A stretch of 55,268 bases of DNA from positions 1 through 55,268 of the IMG/VR virus record IMGVR_UViG_3300036832_001686. One strand, given 5' to 3'. The position numbers were made by a program, and so were the translations under genes. The stretch is from a virus. Lineage: Duplodnaviria > Caudoviricetes. Under the pieces are notes generated by a model. It ran no database searches, had not been told where the DNA came from, and saw nothing but the letters and a program-made list of their open reading frames with translations. Positions 1-9,176 of this stretch are shown one piece after another (position 1 is the stretch's first letter; every line of letters begins with the position of its first letter).

Positions 1-127
1 CAGGCGCAAAAACGTAAAGATCAAAGCAGCTCAACCGATGAAGCGTTAAAACGGTTGCACAAAGAATCGCCGGAATTAGCCGATCTGGTTGTGGAGGAAC
101 GGATGAGCTTAGGCGAAGCCGAGGCGG
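1..127. repeat. 127-bp exact repeat, copy 1 (circular-contig overlap)
   Basis: 1-127 is identical to 43892-44018; identity breaks at base 128 versus 44019. Confidence 0.97.
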
Positions 128-375
128 CACTTGTCGAACGTAAAGCCGAACGCAAACGGCAAGTGGCTTTATCTACCCGGCTCTTTGGCGAGATGATTAA
201 TTATCTCGAGCCTCGTGCCATCACCGTAGAAGAACGGGTCGAAACTATTGTAAGCAATCTCGATCTTAATTCAGAATCTCTCGTTTTAATGATCGGCGGC
301 AAATTTACGCCAGCAAGACTGCGTAAATGCCTAGACGTACTACAGGAAACTTTTAGCCGGATCAAAACCATATGA
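1..375 (+). CDS. C-terminal part of ParB-N domain protein (joins 43457..43891 across the circle, 269 aa total)
   Basis: Frame 1 reads QAQKRKDQ...HKESPELADLVVEE, continuing the ORF that starts at 43457. Confidence 0.85.
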   Translation, partial: QAQKRKDQSSSTDEALKRLHKESPELADLVVEERMSLGEAEAALVERKAERKRQVALSTRLFGEMINYLEPRAITVEERVETIVSNLDLNSESLVLMIGGKFTPARLRKCLDVLQETFSRIKTI

Positions 376-821
376 ATGATGAGATTTGGCAAAAGCTTTT
401 AGATTTAGTTAAAAAACATACTGGATCTGACGGGCGTTTAGATTTGGCCAAAGTGGAAGCGGAATTAGCAGATTTCCTTTCGCATAATCGCGATTTGATG
501 GACCCGCACCTAACCGCGCAGAGTTATATCAAAAAACTCGACAATTCGCGTAAAGTTAAACCGCGGGGCAGTAAACAAACCGTTTTTGCTTTCGAGCCTG
601 ATGGTTGGTTAACCGTTGGCGATCAAGAGCGCGTCGAAATGCGCAAAGCCACTCGAGAAGACGCCGTTGCTCATATCGCAATCATCACCGCTAACCATGC
701 GGCGGTAACCGAGGCTTACGCCCAAGAAATGGCGTATTGGAATTCCCGCTTACAAGCTTGGAAAGCCAAATATAAAACGCTGCAACAAGTCGAAATAAAC
801 GAATTTGGTTCTCAACCTTGA
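372..821 (+). CDS. Hypothetical protein
   Basis: 149-aa ORF with ATGA overlap to the upstream gene. Confidence 0.75.
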   Translation: MNDEIWQKLLDLVKKHTGSDGRLDLAKVEAELADFLSHNRDLMDPHLTAQSYIKKLDNSRKVKPRGSKQTVFAFEPDGWLTVGDQERVEMRKATREDAVAHIAIITANHAAVTEAYAQEMAYWNSRLQAWKAKYKTLQQVEINEFGSQP

Positions 822-838
822 TTTGCGAGGACCGCCAG

Positions 839-1414
839 ATGAGCGATCAAGTGCCGGCTATTCTCTTTTTTGCGCCGGAAATAGAGATGGCCGTCATTTC
901 GTTGCTCTGGCATGAACCGGAGCGCTGCGCCCAATTCTTGCGCGAGTTCGATCCGGCCGTTGCTATCATTCAACCGTATTTACGGACCCTGCTCCAAGCA
1001 ATCAGCCTATCTTGGAGCGAAGCCAACGCCGCCGATTGGGCCAGTGTGGTCCAGGTGCTGCGCGAGCTCGGCCAACTGGAGGCTTGCGGCGGACTCCAAG
1101 CCTTAAACGAGGTTTATGTGCTCCAAGACTATGGCCAGAGGTTAGCTCAGCCTCACTTGGAGAACATTTGGCGCGCTTATTTGGCCATATTGCGCAATTG
1201 CATCGAAAACCGGGTGAGCGATCCACCGCGACCGCCGGATTTTTTCACCCGCGGCGAGCTCCGGCTTTACGCAACCGGCAAGCAGGCGCCTAAACCCTAC
1301 GCAATCGGCAAAGGCAAAATTGCCGGCAAGCTTTATCAAGCAAGCGCGTGGCTCGAAGCCGATCAATTCGGTCGCCAATTTTTAAAAATAAAATGTCAGA
1401 TCGAGAACCGCTAA
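839..1414 (+). CDS. DnaB helicase N-terminal-domain-like protein
   Basis: APEIEMAVISLL...DWASVVQVLRELGQLEACGGLQAL resembles DnaB-N; lies directly before the helicase. Start chosen at ATG 839. Confidence 0.65.
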   Translation: MSDQVPAILFFAPEIEMAVISLLWHEPERCAQFLREFDPAVAIIQPYLRTLLQAISLSWSEANAADWASVVQVLRELGQLEACGGLQALNEVYVLQDYGQRLAQPHLENIWRAYLAILRNCIENRVSDPPRPPDFFTRGELRLYATGKQAPKPYAIGKGKIAGKLYQASAWLEADQFGRQFLKIKCQIENR

Positions 1415-1417
1415 AAA

Positions 1418-2461
1418 ATGGATCACATCAATCCATTCGAGGATTTCTCCCCCTTGGGAAATGGCACGCAACTGCCGTTCCCAGAAATCACCAACGGACC
1501 TACCATCGGCAAGGTGCATTTGCCGTTCCCGCCGGCTGTCATCGAGGGGATGATTTGTCGCGGCGAAAAAGGCGAGTTAGCCGGGGGAAGCAAATCCTTC
1601 AAAACCTGGGCTCTGATCCAGCAGGGGCTTTGTATCGCGGCCGGCCTGCCTTGGTGGGGCTTTGAGACTCATTCCACCAATGTCCTTTTCCTTAACCTCG
1701 AGATTCCCCCAGCCTTTTTCGAATGGCGAGTCCGACTGGTGGCTAGTGCCCTCGCCATCCCGATCCCAGAAAATTTCTATGTCTGGCATTTACGCAATGA
1801 GAAACTCGGCGATCCCTCCCGCTGGGGACGTTTTCTGGACATACTCAAAAACAAATGCAGCCTGATCGCTCACCCCTTCCTAACCAGCGACCCGATCTAC
1901 AAACTCCTTGGCGGGCGCAATGAGAACGCCGCCGGCGACGTGCAATTGCTTCTGGGGCAACTAGACGAAATGATTGCCCTAGTCGATGGCGCGAATTTTT
2001 TCGGGCACCATTACTCCAAGGGCAACCAATCCAACAAGGAAGCAATCGACCGCGCTGCGGGAAGCGGCGTTTTCCAACGTGATCCCGATTCAATTTTGAC
2101 CATGACCACCCACGAAAAAGCGAATTGTTACACTCTCGAATTTATCCTGCGCAACCATCCGCCAGTTGAGCCGTGCGTGATCAAATGGACTTATCCGATT
2201 TTTATCCGGGAAGATGCCCTCGATCCCCAAGCACTTAAACAACCTCGCAAATCTGGGCCGACCAGCAAATTTCAACCAAAACAAATCGCCCAAATTCTTG
2301 GTAGCCAAGAAATGACCACCACTAACCTGAAAAAACTGGTGATGGATGAAACCGGAATGAGCAAAAGCCTTTTTTTTGAACTCTTAGCTACCGCTCAAGA
2401 ACAAAAATTGATTGCTAAAGATGGAATTACTAACACCTGGGAACGCGTTGCTAAATCTTAG
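1418..2461 (+). CDS. RepA/AAA_25-family replicative helicase
   Basis: Walker A variant GGSKSFKT, VLFLNLE, SDPIY, HHYSKG and AAGSG motifs. Confidence 0.85.
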   Translation: MDHINPFEDFSPLGNGTQLPFPEITNGPTIGKVHLPFPPAVIEGMICRGEKGELAGGSKSFKTWALIQQGLCIAAGLPWWGFETHSTNVLFLNLEIPPAFFEWRVRLVASALAIPIPENFYVWHLRNEKLGDPSRWGRFLDILKNKCSLIAHPFLTSDPIYKLLGGRNENAAGDVQLLLGQLDEMIALVDGANFFGHHYSKGNQSNKEAIDRAAGSGVFQRDPDSILTMTTHEKANCYTLEFILRNHPPVEPCVIKWTYPIFIREDALDPQALKQPRKSGPTSKFQPKQIAQILGSQEMTTTNLKKLVMDETGMSKSLFFELLATAQEQKLIAKDGITNTWERVAKS

Positions 2462-2610
2462 TCCGAAGTCCAGAGTCTTGAGTAGTCCACAATTACAAGG
2501 TCTGGACTTCCGTAAGGTGGTCCAGACCAGATTTACCTAAAGGTAATAAATCTGGACCTGTAGAACGACCACCGAAGGGTTTGGTCCACAATCCTTAGAA
2601 CCGCGGACTT
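2459..2610. other. Putative replication origin
   Basis: About 8 GTCCR motifs on both strands around the palindrome CCAGATTTA(2527)...TAAATCTGG(2555), immediately after the helicase gene. Confidence 0.55.
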
Positions 2611-3052
2611 AGTTGCATTCAGAACCCATTAACCCAATCAGCTTCAAAGAATTGATCTCCACCCTTTTTCCTGCCACAATCCTTTTGCCCTCCCCCGAGC
2701 CAAAGGCTATTCCGCAATTGAAGTGGTTTGGCATGCTTCTTCACTCATGGGCCATGGCTCGGGGCGAGCTAATCAACTCCCCACGCCAATGATCAATCCC
2801 ATCCCACCCTCCGATGAATTCGAATATTTTAATCAAGGCGGCATTGCAGGCTGGGTCCGAAAATCAGGCCACCGCCCAAAATCAAAACCTCACCATCCCA
2901 GCCGCACGGCGACCGCTGCCGCGCTCCAACTCTATGCACCTCATCCGCTACCTGCCATGACGCTAAAAACCTCGCTAGCGAGCGCTCAGCGCCTCCTATG
3001 GCCATCCTAGCCAATGGGTTCCCGGCTCTTAAACCTCACCTCGCCCATAACT

Positions 3053-3126
3053 CTGGGGTCCCTTTAACCCCATGGACAAAGCGGCTCTGAGGAGCCCGAA
3101 AAATTTGTGTTTGTGAAAAATTTTTA
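3053..3126 (+). other. Putative cos packaging site; core GCTCTGAGGAGC at 3084-3095
   Basis: Dyad GGCTC-TGAG-GAGCC followed by A/T tracts, upstream of a gpA-type terminase. Matches the reverse complement of the window's right end at 29 of 41 positions, ungapped. Confidence 0.7.
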
Positions 3127-3131
3127 TTCAG

Positions 3132-3749
3132 ATGCCTTTTTTACACTCTGCCGACAAAAAAGCATGGAGGCGCAAACACAGGATCTTAGGAAAAGAAAGA
3201 GAAGAACAACAAAGATTCTACTCCACGCATGGGCGCACTTGTACGAAATGCGGCAAATTTAAGGGACCAGGAAGTTTTCAGGAACGAAAGGATAAAGGTT
3301 GCCTTTATGAATCCTGCAAGAGGTGTCGGCGACAAATGCAGAGTAACCGGCCCGAATCGACAAGAGCTAACTTTCTGAAACGGGTCCATGGTCTAAGCAT
3401 TGACCAATTTGAAAAACTCAAAGAGCGACAACATAACCGCTGCGCGGTATGCGGGATGGAATTTCGGCCTGACTCAAGAATGACTCGACCCCATATTGAT
3501 CATTGCCATAAAACTAACGTTGTTAGGGGTCTGCTCTGTAGAGAATGCAATTTGGCTGAAGGATATTTAAAGAACGTCAAGAATGTTCGAGCTCTCTTGC
3601 GTTACATGGAAAAGAACGACTTGTTTTATAGCGGATGTATCCCAGGCGATGGAAAAAAATATCCTCTTAAAGCCAAACGGGAACGGACAAAACGGGGAAA
3701 CGTCGGCGGAACTCAAATGGCGCTTTTTACAGGAGCAACTTCGGGATAA
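3132..3749 (+). CDS. Endonuclease VII-family HNH nuclease
   Basis: CAVCG...HIDHCHKTNVVRGLLCRECN with N-terminal CxxC pairs. Confidence 0.88.
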   Translation: MPFLHSADKKAWRRKHRILGKEREEQQRFYSTHGRTCTKCGKFKGPGSFQERKDKGCLYESCKRCRRQMQSNRPESTRANFLKRVHGLSIDQFEKLKERQHNRCAVCGMEFRPDSRMTRPHIDHCHKTNVVRGLLCRECNLAEGYLKNVKNVRALLRYMEKNDLFYSGCIPGDGKKYPLKAKRERTKRGNVGGTQMALFTGATSG

Positions 3750-3996
3750 AGCGGCAAGCGCGAACTTGAAGGAACTCAAAACGGCGGTCCTGCGCGGTGT
3801 GGTGCTAGACCGGTCGCTATTGCAACAGGCGTTAGAAACGGTGTTTGTGAGTATCGCGCAGATCATTCGAGCCAGTGATTTATCGGCCGACGAGAAGAAC
3901 GATTTACTGCGCTCGATCGCGGATCTGCCGTTAATCCTTGAGCATGTCAGCCAGAAGCAAGGGGTGCGCTTAGCCAAAGGTGAGGACGAAGAATAA
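3649..3996 (+). CDS. Putative terminase small subunit (Nu1 C-terminus-like)
   Basis: Helical protein overlapping the terL start; ANLKELKTAVLRGVVLDR resembles the Nu1 C-terminal half. Start uncertain. Confidence 0.55.
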   Translation: MEKNILLKPNGNGQNGETSAELKWRFLQEQLRDKAASANLKELKTAVLRGVVLDRSLLQQALETVFVSIAQIIRASDLSADEKNDLLRSIADLPLILEHVSQKQGVRLAKGEDEE

Positions 3997-6037
3997 ACGG
4001 CGGCGAGCACCAGCAAAGCGGCGAACCACCACCGAGCCGATACGGATTAGTGACCCGGCAATATTAGCCTTCGTTAAGGAACTTTTAAGCAATTGCCGAG
4101 CAAAAGATTTAATCCTTCCCAGTGAATGGAATGAAGCGAACCGGATCCTGGCACCGGGGGTAAGTTATCGGATTGGGCGGTGGCGGAATTGGCCATTCCA
4201 GATTGAGCCCATGGACTGCGTTGTGCAGGAAGAGCTCAACACGCTGGTGCTAGATTGGGCGTCGCAACTACTGGGTAAAACGGCGCTCCTAGAATGCATC
4301 ATTGGGTGGCTAATCGCGGAGCAGCCTTGTCCGATCCAGATGTTGTTCCCGAAGAGCGAAGACGCGGAGAACTGGTCAAAGAAGAAGCTAGGGCCGTTGA
4401 TAGAATTTACGCCGAAATTGACGGCGTTAGTGGATACGCAAGTATCCCGGAAAGGGATCCGGACTGGGTACGGTCAGAACACCAAGACGTTAAAGAAATT
4501 TCCGGGTGGTACGCTACAACTCAAAGGGGTGGGCAGTGCGAGCAATCTGCGAGCGGATACGGCCCGAGTGTCGATTGCGGACGAGATTGACGGTTACGTC
4601 AAAAATGTGGAAGGGGAAGGCGACCCGCTCGAGTTGGGGGAACAACGCACCGAGGCGGCACCCAACAGTTTCACGATTCTGACCTCGACGCCGACCTTCC
4701 GGCACTTTAGCAGGATCGAAGCGGAACTAGCCCAAACTGATTTGCGCAAGTGGCACGTACCTTGTCCGAAATGTCACCAGCTCTTTGTGATTATGTGGGC
4801 AGACATCAAGTGGGACAAAGAGACTGATGGCCAAGGTAAGACGGTCACGCATTACCCGGAGACGGCTTATATCGAATGTCCGGTGTGCAAAGCGCATCTG
4901 AGCGAAAAGGATAGAAAAGCGATGGTGCGCAAAGGTCGCTGGATTGCGACCCAGCCCGGGATCAAGCATCGCCGGGGTTACTGGCTCAATGCGTTTGTTT
5001 GTCTCATCCCGACTAAGCGCGGCTATGTGTCTTGGTTACACCGCTGGGTGGACCGGTTTTTAAAAGCGCATCGGAGCGGGAACACCCAAGGGTTTCAGAA
5101 TTTAGTATTAGCGGAGAGCTACGAAGTTGCGACCGAGAAACCTTTACCGGCCGAGGTGCTTTATTCCCGTCGGGAAGTGTACGCAGAAGACGAGAAGGGC
5201 GGAGTGATATTACCGGAACGCGCGCTGTTACTAGTGAGCGGGTGCGACGTCCAAGGTGACCGGTTAGAAGCCGAGATTATGGCGGTGGGTCTGGATGGGG
5301 AACGCTGGGGAATCGCTTATCGGGTGTTCAGAGGCGATACCTCGTTGTCCGAAGTGTTCAACGAGTACGATGAATGGATCCAGAAATTTTATAAGCATCC
5401 CAGCGGGCACCTTTTAAAAGTTGAATGCGCGTGTGTGGACTCGAGCAATCGACCCACCCAGATTTATGCTTATAGCCAGCGTTGTAAACCGCGTCGGGTG
5501 TATGCGATAAAAGGCAAGCGGGGGAACAACGCACAATGGGTCTCGAGCTCGGCTCAGCAGAATCGGCGGCTATACACTGCGGAGGTGGATGTACCGAAAC
5601 AAGATTTGTATTCCTGGTTAAACCGGGTTGATCACGGACCCTATTTTCAGCATTGGCCGTTGAACCCACAATGTGGTTACGATCTGATGTATTTCAAACA
5701 GCTAACCAGCGAAGTGAAAAGGACCGGTTACTATCACGGGCGCAGCGTCTGGTATTTTGAGCCGCTCGATCCGCATGCGGCTAATGAAGCGTTGGATTGC
5801 CGGGTGTATGCGGAAGCCGCCCTGGTGTTATTGCGGCCAGATTACGAGCGGATTTTAAAAAATCTCGCGGCTAGTCCGGTTAACGATTGGCGTTCGGATC
5901 GACCGGTCCGGGAACCGCCGCCGCCACCGGATCCGACCGAGCCTTTGAAAAATCCGCAGGCCAAAGCCAGGCAGCAAGTCAAGCCGCTATCAATGCCGCT
6001 GAGGCCGCGCAAGAGCTGGTTCAATGCTTACGGATGA
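3980..6037 (+). CDS. terL: Terminase large subunit, lambda gpA family
   Basis: SQLLGKT, DEIDG, TSTPT, CPKC/CPVC, GCDVQGDRLE and NEALDCRVYA motifs. Confidence 0.95.
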   Translation: MRTKNKRRRAPAKRRTTTEPIRISDPAILAFVKELLSNCRAKDLILPSEWNEANRILAPGVSYRIGRWRNWPFQIEPMDCVVQEELNTLVLDWASQLLGKTALLECIIGWLIAEQPCPIQMLFPKSEDAENWSKKKLGPLIEFTPKLTALVDTQVSRKGIRTGYGQNTKTLKKFPGGTLQLKGVGSASNLRADTARVSIADEIDGYVKNVEGEGDPLELGEQRTEAAPNSFTILTSTPTFRHFSRIEAELAQTDLRKWHVPCPKCHQLFVIMWADIKWDKETDGQGKTVTHYPETAYIECPVCKAHLSEKDRKAMVRKGRWIATQPGIKHRRGYWLNAFVCLIPTKRGYVSWLHRWVDRFLKAHRSGNTQGFQNLVLAESYEVATEKPLPAEVLYSRREVYAEDEKGGVILPERALLLVSGCDVQGDRLEAEIMAVGLDGERWGIAYRVFRGDTSLSEVFNEYDEWIQKFYKHPSGHLLKVECACVDSSNRPTQIYAYSQRCKPRRVYAIKGKRGNNAQWVSSSAQQNRRLYTAEVDVPKQDLYSWLNRVDHGPYFQHWPLNPQCGYDLMYFKQLTSEVKRTGYYHGRSVWYFEPLDPHAANEALDCRVYAEAALVLLRPDYERILKNLAASPVNDWRSDRPVREPPPPPDPTEPLKNPQAKARQQVKPLSMPLRPRKSWFNAYG

Positions 6038-6944
6038 TAGCGGGTTCAAATTCTTCAATGCTGAAAAGGTAAGCAGCTTGATGCTGGATTTTCAGCGGAC
6101 GGGGGATCACCGTCTGTTTGAGGGGATCCTCAAAGAGTCGACTCGGCTAATCAAAGCCAACATCGAAGAGAAGCGCACGACTTACTACGTGGCCAGCGAT
6201 GAATTGATTTCCCGAATCAATCTCAAGCTTTTCAAGAGTGTATCTCATTACGATCCGGGGCGCGGGAGCGCGTATAGCTTTGTCAATAAGGTCATTAAGA
6301 CCCAGCTTTGCAGTGCGGTCATGGAGCGCAAAGCGCAGTTGCGGAAGCAAGTGGACTGGGACAGCAGTTACGAGCAGAGCGTACCGGCCGCGCTGCGCGA
6401 TGGCGCCCTGATGGAAGATCTGATCTGGAAGATCCGGCAAATAAAGACCATCTGCACGGACGACTTTGAACTGGGTGCCCAACGTTGGATGGTGGACAGC
6501 TACATCGAGTGCGGCTTCAAATTGCGCCGGCATGAAGCGGCTGACGCCATGATGACAGTGTTTAATATTGGCCACGGTCGGGCGCGCCGGTTGCACGATC
6601 TGACGCTTCTAGAGATTCGGCGAGCGGTCTGGGAAGATCACCCTAACGGGAAAGAAATTGCGCCCGCGAGCTTAGCCGGCACCAGTTCGCGGCCGTTAAT
6701 TCCTTACGCCAGATATTTGTCGGTTGCAGATTTCACGAACTTAGTCTGTTTATTGGAAGGCTTAGCGCCGGCTCTGGTGATGTACATCAAGGCGCAGAAC
6801 ATCCGCGCCATCCGCAAAGGCAGCGCTAAAGCGCTCGCCGAGAATCTGCGCTTGATCATTAACGGCCACCCCCAAGCGCGGTTACTTTTTAAGCTGGAAG
6901 GCAAAGCTTATATCGAACATTTGTTAGCGAAGAGCTCGCAGTAA
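6024..6944 (+). CDS. Sigma-70 region-2-like protein, probable phage late sigma factor
   Basis: DELISRINLKLFKSVSHYDPGRGSAYSFVNKVIK resembles sigma regions 2.2-2.4. Confidence 0.6.
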   Translation: MLTDDSGFKFFNAEKVSSLMLDFQRTGDHRLFEGILKESTRLIKANIEEKRTTYYVASDELISRINLKLFKSVSHYDPGRGSAYSFVNKVIKTQLCSAVMERKAQLRKQVDWDSSYEQSVPAALRDGALMEDLIWKIRQIKTICTDDFELGAQRWMVDSYIECGFKLRRHEAADAMMTVFNIGHGRARRLHDLTLLEIRRAVWEDHPNGKEIAPASLAGTSSRPLIPYARYLSVADFTNLVCLLEGLAPALVMYIKAQNIRAIRKGSAKALAENLRLIINGHPQARLLFKLEGKAYIEHLLAKSSQ

Positions 6945-6947
6945 GTA
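6941..6947 (+). promoter_or_regulatory. GTAAGTA late motif
   Basis: 27 nt before ATG 6975. Confidence 0.6.
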
Positions 6948-6974
6948 TGGAGAAGTGGACAAAAGTCGCATCAA

Positions 6975-7556
6975 ATGAGCGGATACTCTGGAATAGTTGG
7001 GGGAACCGTTCCGAACCAAGTCGTCTTCACTTCGCCGCTGGTGATTGGCGATACCTGGAGCTTTGCCATGGGTGCCGGTCAATACGGGGACGGCACTTGG
7101 ACCGCAACGGCGATTTTTTATGGGGGCACCTCGCGCTTGGAAGCCGATGCGGTCTTAGAGAGCAGCCAGTTTCAATGGAATATCCCGGGCAGTGAGACCA
7201 GCCAACTCTTAGCTCAGCCCTACAGCTTTTCGGTGCAGGTCAGTGATGGTACCGACCGTTACACGGTCCAGGCCGGTGTGGTCACGGTGTTAGCCGATCC
7301 GCTGACGTCGACCGGCGGCGGTGAGTTGACCATGTTGCAACAGCAGCTGGCCCAGCTTGATCAAACCATTCTGGCTATCGCGAGCAAGCAGGTGACCATG
7401 ATGGATTTTGGTACCAAGCAATACACGCTGCACAACCTCAAAGATCTGTACGCGATTAGGAACTCGCTGGCTATTCAGGTGCAAGCCGAGCAAGACAAGC
7501 TCTCTGGTCAACAGCGGAGCCGCCGCATTCTGCCGCGTTTCGTCAGGAATTACTAA
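6975..7556 (+). CDS. Head completion protein (gpW-like C-terminus, Ig-like N-terminus)
   Basis: Position before the portal; helix-hairpin-helix LAQLDQTILAI...FGTKQYT...LKDLYAIRNSL. Confidence 0.6.
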   Translation: MSGYSGIVGGTVPNQVVFTSPLVIGDTWSFAMGAGQYGDGTWTATAIFYGGTSRLEADAVLESSQFQWNIPGSETSQLLAQPYSFSVQVSDGTDRYTVQAGVVTVLADPLTSTGGGELTMLQQQLAQLDQTILAIASKQVTMMDFGTKQYTLHNLKDLYAIRNSLAIQVQAEQDKLSGQQRSRRILPRFVRNY

Positions 7557-9176
7557 ATGGCGCTCTTCGAAAAGCTGATCCAATTTCTCGAGGGTCCGAA
7601 AGTCAACGCGGCGCCGGTGCCGAAACGCCAGCAACCGGCACCGCGCCATCTCCAACTGGGTAAACGGGCTTATGATGCGGCGTTGCCCTCTGCGCTGACG
7701 GCGGACTGGGAAAACTGGACCACTAGCCAGAGTTACGAGACGCTGACCGCCTGGCGCAATGTCACCAATTACGCTCGCGACCTAGCGCGCAACAATTCGC
7801 ACGCGGTCTGTTTTTTGCGCGAACTCTGTATCTCGGTGCTGGGGTACAAAGGGATCCAATGCCATAGCAAACTGAAAAATAAGATCGGCAAAGGATTCAA
7901 TACCAAGGTCAACGCGACCGTGCATGCAGCCTGGCAAGAGTTCCGCCGGCAAGGCATTTATGAGGCCACCGAACAATGGAGCGGGTTAGAGACCGATAAG
8001 CTGATTTTAAAAGCCTTAGCGCGAGATGGCGGATGCATGATTCGCTTATTACGCAATCACTCGAACAAGTTCCGCTTCGCCATCCAAATTTTGGAGGTCG
8101 ATTCGTTGAACCTCTACTACACGGTAGAAAAAAACGAGTTCGGCAATCGGGTGACCACCGGCGTTGAGACTAACGAACTCGGTAAAGTCGTTGCCTATCA
8201 CCTGCAGAAATTTAATCAGCAGGATCTCTTTGCCAACAATTATGGGGCACCCACGCTGCGGGTGTTGGCGCGGGAGATGATCCATGTTTGGATGCCGGAT
8301 CGGATTACCGCCGTGCGCGGGATGAGCTGGTTTGCTCCGGTTATCCTGAAGCTGCGGATGTTGGGCGAATACGAGATGGCCATCAGCGTAGCCCAGCGCA
8401 TTGCCGCGAGCCGGATGGGATTTTTGACGCCTGGCAAAGATGCTGAAGGCACCTATGAAGGGGTCGGGCAAGACGCCCAAGGCAACACGATCCAGGAATT
8501 CAGTGCCGGCATGATTGAACAGTTACCGCCCGGTTATAACGTCACCGTCCCGGACCTGGGGCATACGCCGGAGAAATATTGCGATTACCGCAAGGCCATG
8601 CTCCGCACGATCTCTAGCGGCCTAGGGATCATGTATAACTCGATGGGCAACGATTTAGAAAGTACGAGCTACTCCAGTGCTCGCTTTGGCCGAGATCAGG
8701 AAGTGGAATTTTGGCGCGACATTCAGCGCTTTTATTCGCAACAGGTACTGAACCAGATTTTCAGCGCCTGGCTCGAGATGGCATTCCTATCCGGGAATTT
8801 GCCGGGAGTCACCATTGATCAGCTGGACCCGATCAACAGCGCGGTGCGTTGGAAAGGTCGCGGCTGGAGTTATGTTGATCCGGAAAAAGATGTCCAAGCC
8901 GCTCTGGGCGCCATTGATGGCGGACTCTCGACACACCGGCGCGAACTGGAGGAACAAGGCGAAGATATCGTGGAAGTCTACGACGAGCTCGAAGAAGAAA
9001 AACAGATGGCGGAAGAGCGCGGCCTAGTGTTCGTGAATCCCTATTCTCGACATCCGGAAATTATGTCGACCCAGGAAAATCCGGAAGAGACCGAAGCCGA
9101 AGCGGTCACTGCCGGCGGTGGTAAACCGAGCGGCAACGGCAAACCTAAGCCTAAGCCGGCGGTAAGTAATCAGTAA
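7557..9176 (+). CDS. Portal protein, lambda family
   Basis: RAYDAA, ARDLARNN, GVETNELGKVVAYH, VRGMSWFAP, SYSSAR and GWSYVDPEKD motifs. Confidence 0.95.
   Translation: MALFEKLIQFLEGPKVNAAPVPKRQQPAPRHLQLGKRAYDAALPSALTADWENWTTSQSYETLTAWRNVTNYARDLARNNSHAVCFLRELCISVLGYKGIQCHSKLKNKIGKGFNTKVNATVHAAWQEFRRQGIYEATEQWSGLETDKLILKALARDGGCMIRLLRNHSNKFRFAIQILEVDSLNLYYTVEKNEFGNRVTTGVETNELGKVVAYHLQKFNQQDLFANNYGAPTLRVLAREMIHVWMPDRITAVRGMSWFAPVILKLRMLGEYEMAISVAQRIAASRMGFLTPGKDAEGTYEGVGQDAQGNTIQEFSAGMIEQLPPGYNVTVPDLGHTPEKYCDYRKAMLRTISSGLGIMYNSMGNDLESTSYSSARFGRDQEVEFWRDIQRFYSQQVLNQIFSAWLEMAFLSGNLPGVTIDQLDPINSAVRWKGRGWSYVDPEKDVQAALGAIDGGLSTHRRELEEQGEDIVEVYDELEEEKQMAEERGLVFVNPYSRHPEIMSTQENPEETEAEAVTAGGGKPSGNGKPKPKPAVSNQ
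9162..9168 (+). promoter_or_regulatory. GTAAGTA late motif
   Basis: 8 nt before ATG 9177. Confidence 0.7.

Noticed and set aside
5255-6842. Partial gapped matches to the guide strings (near 5255, 6057 and 6800-6840)
   Set aside because: Only about 6 of 13-14 dinucleotides match, which is plausible by chance in 55 kb.
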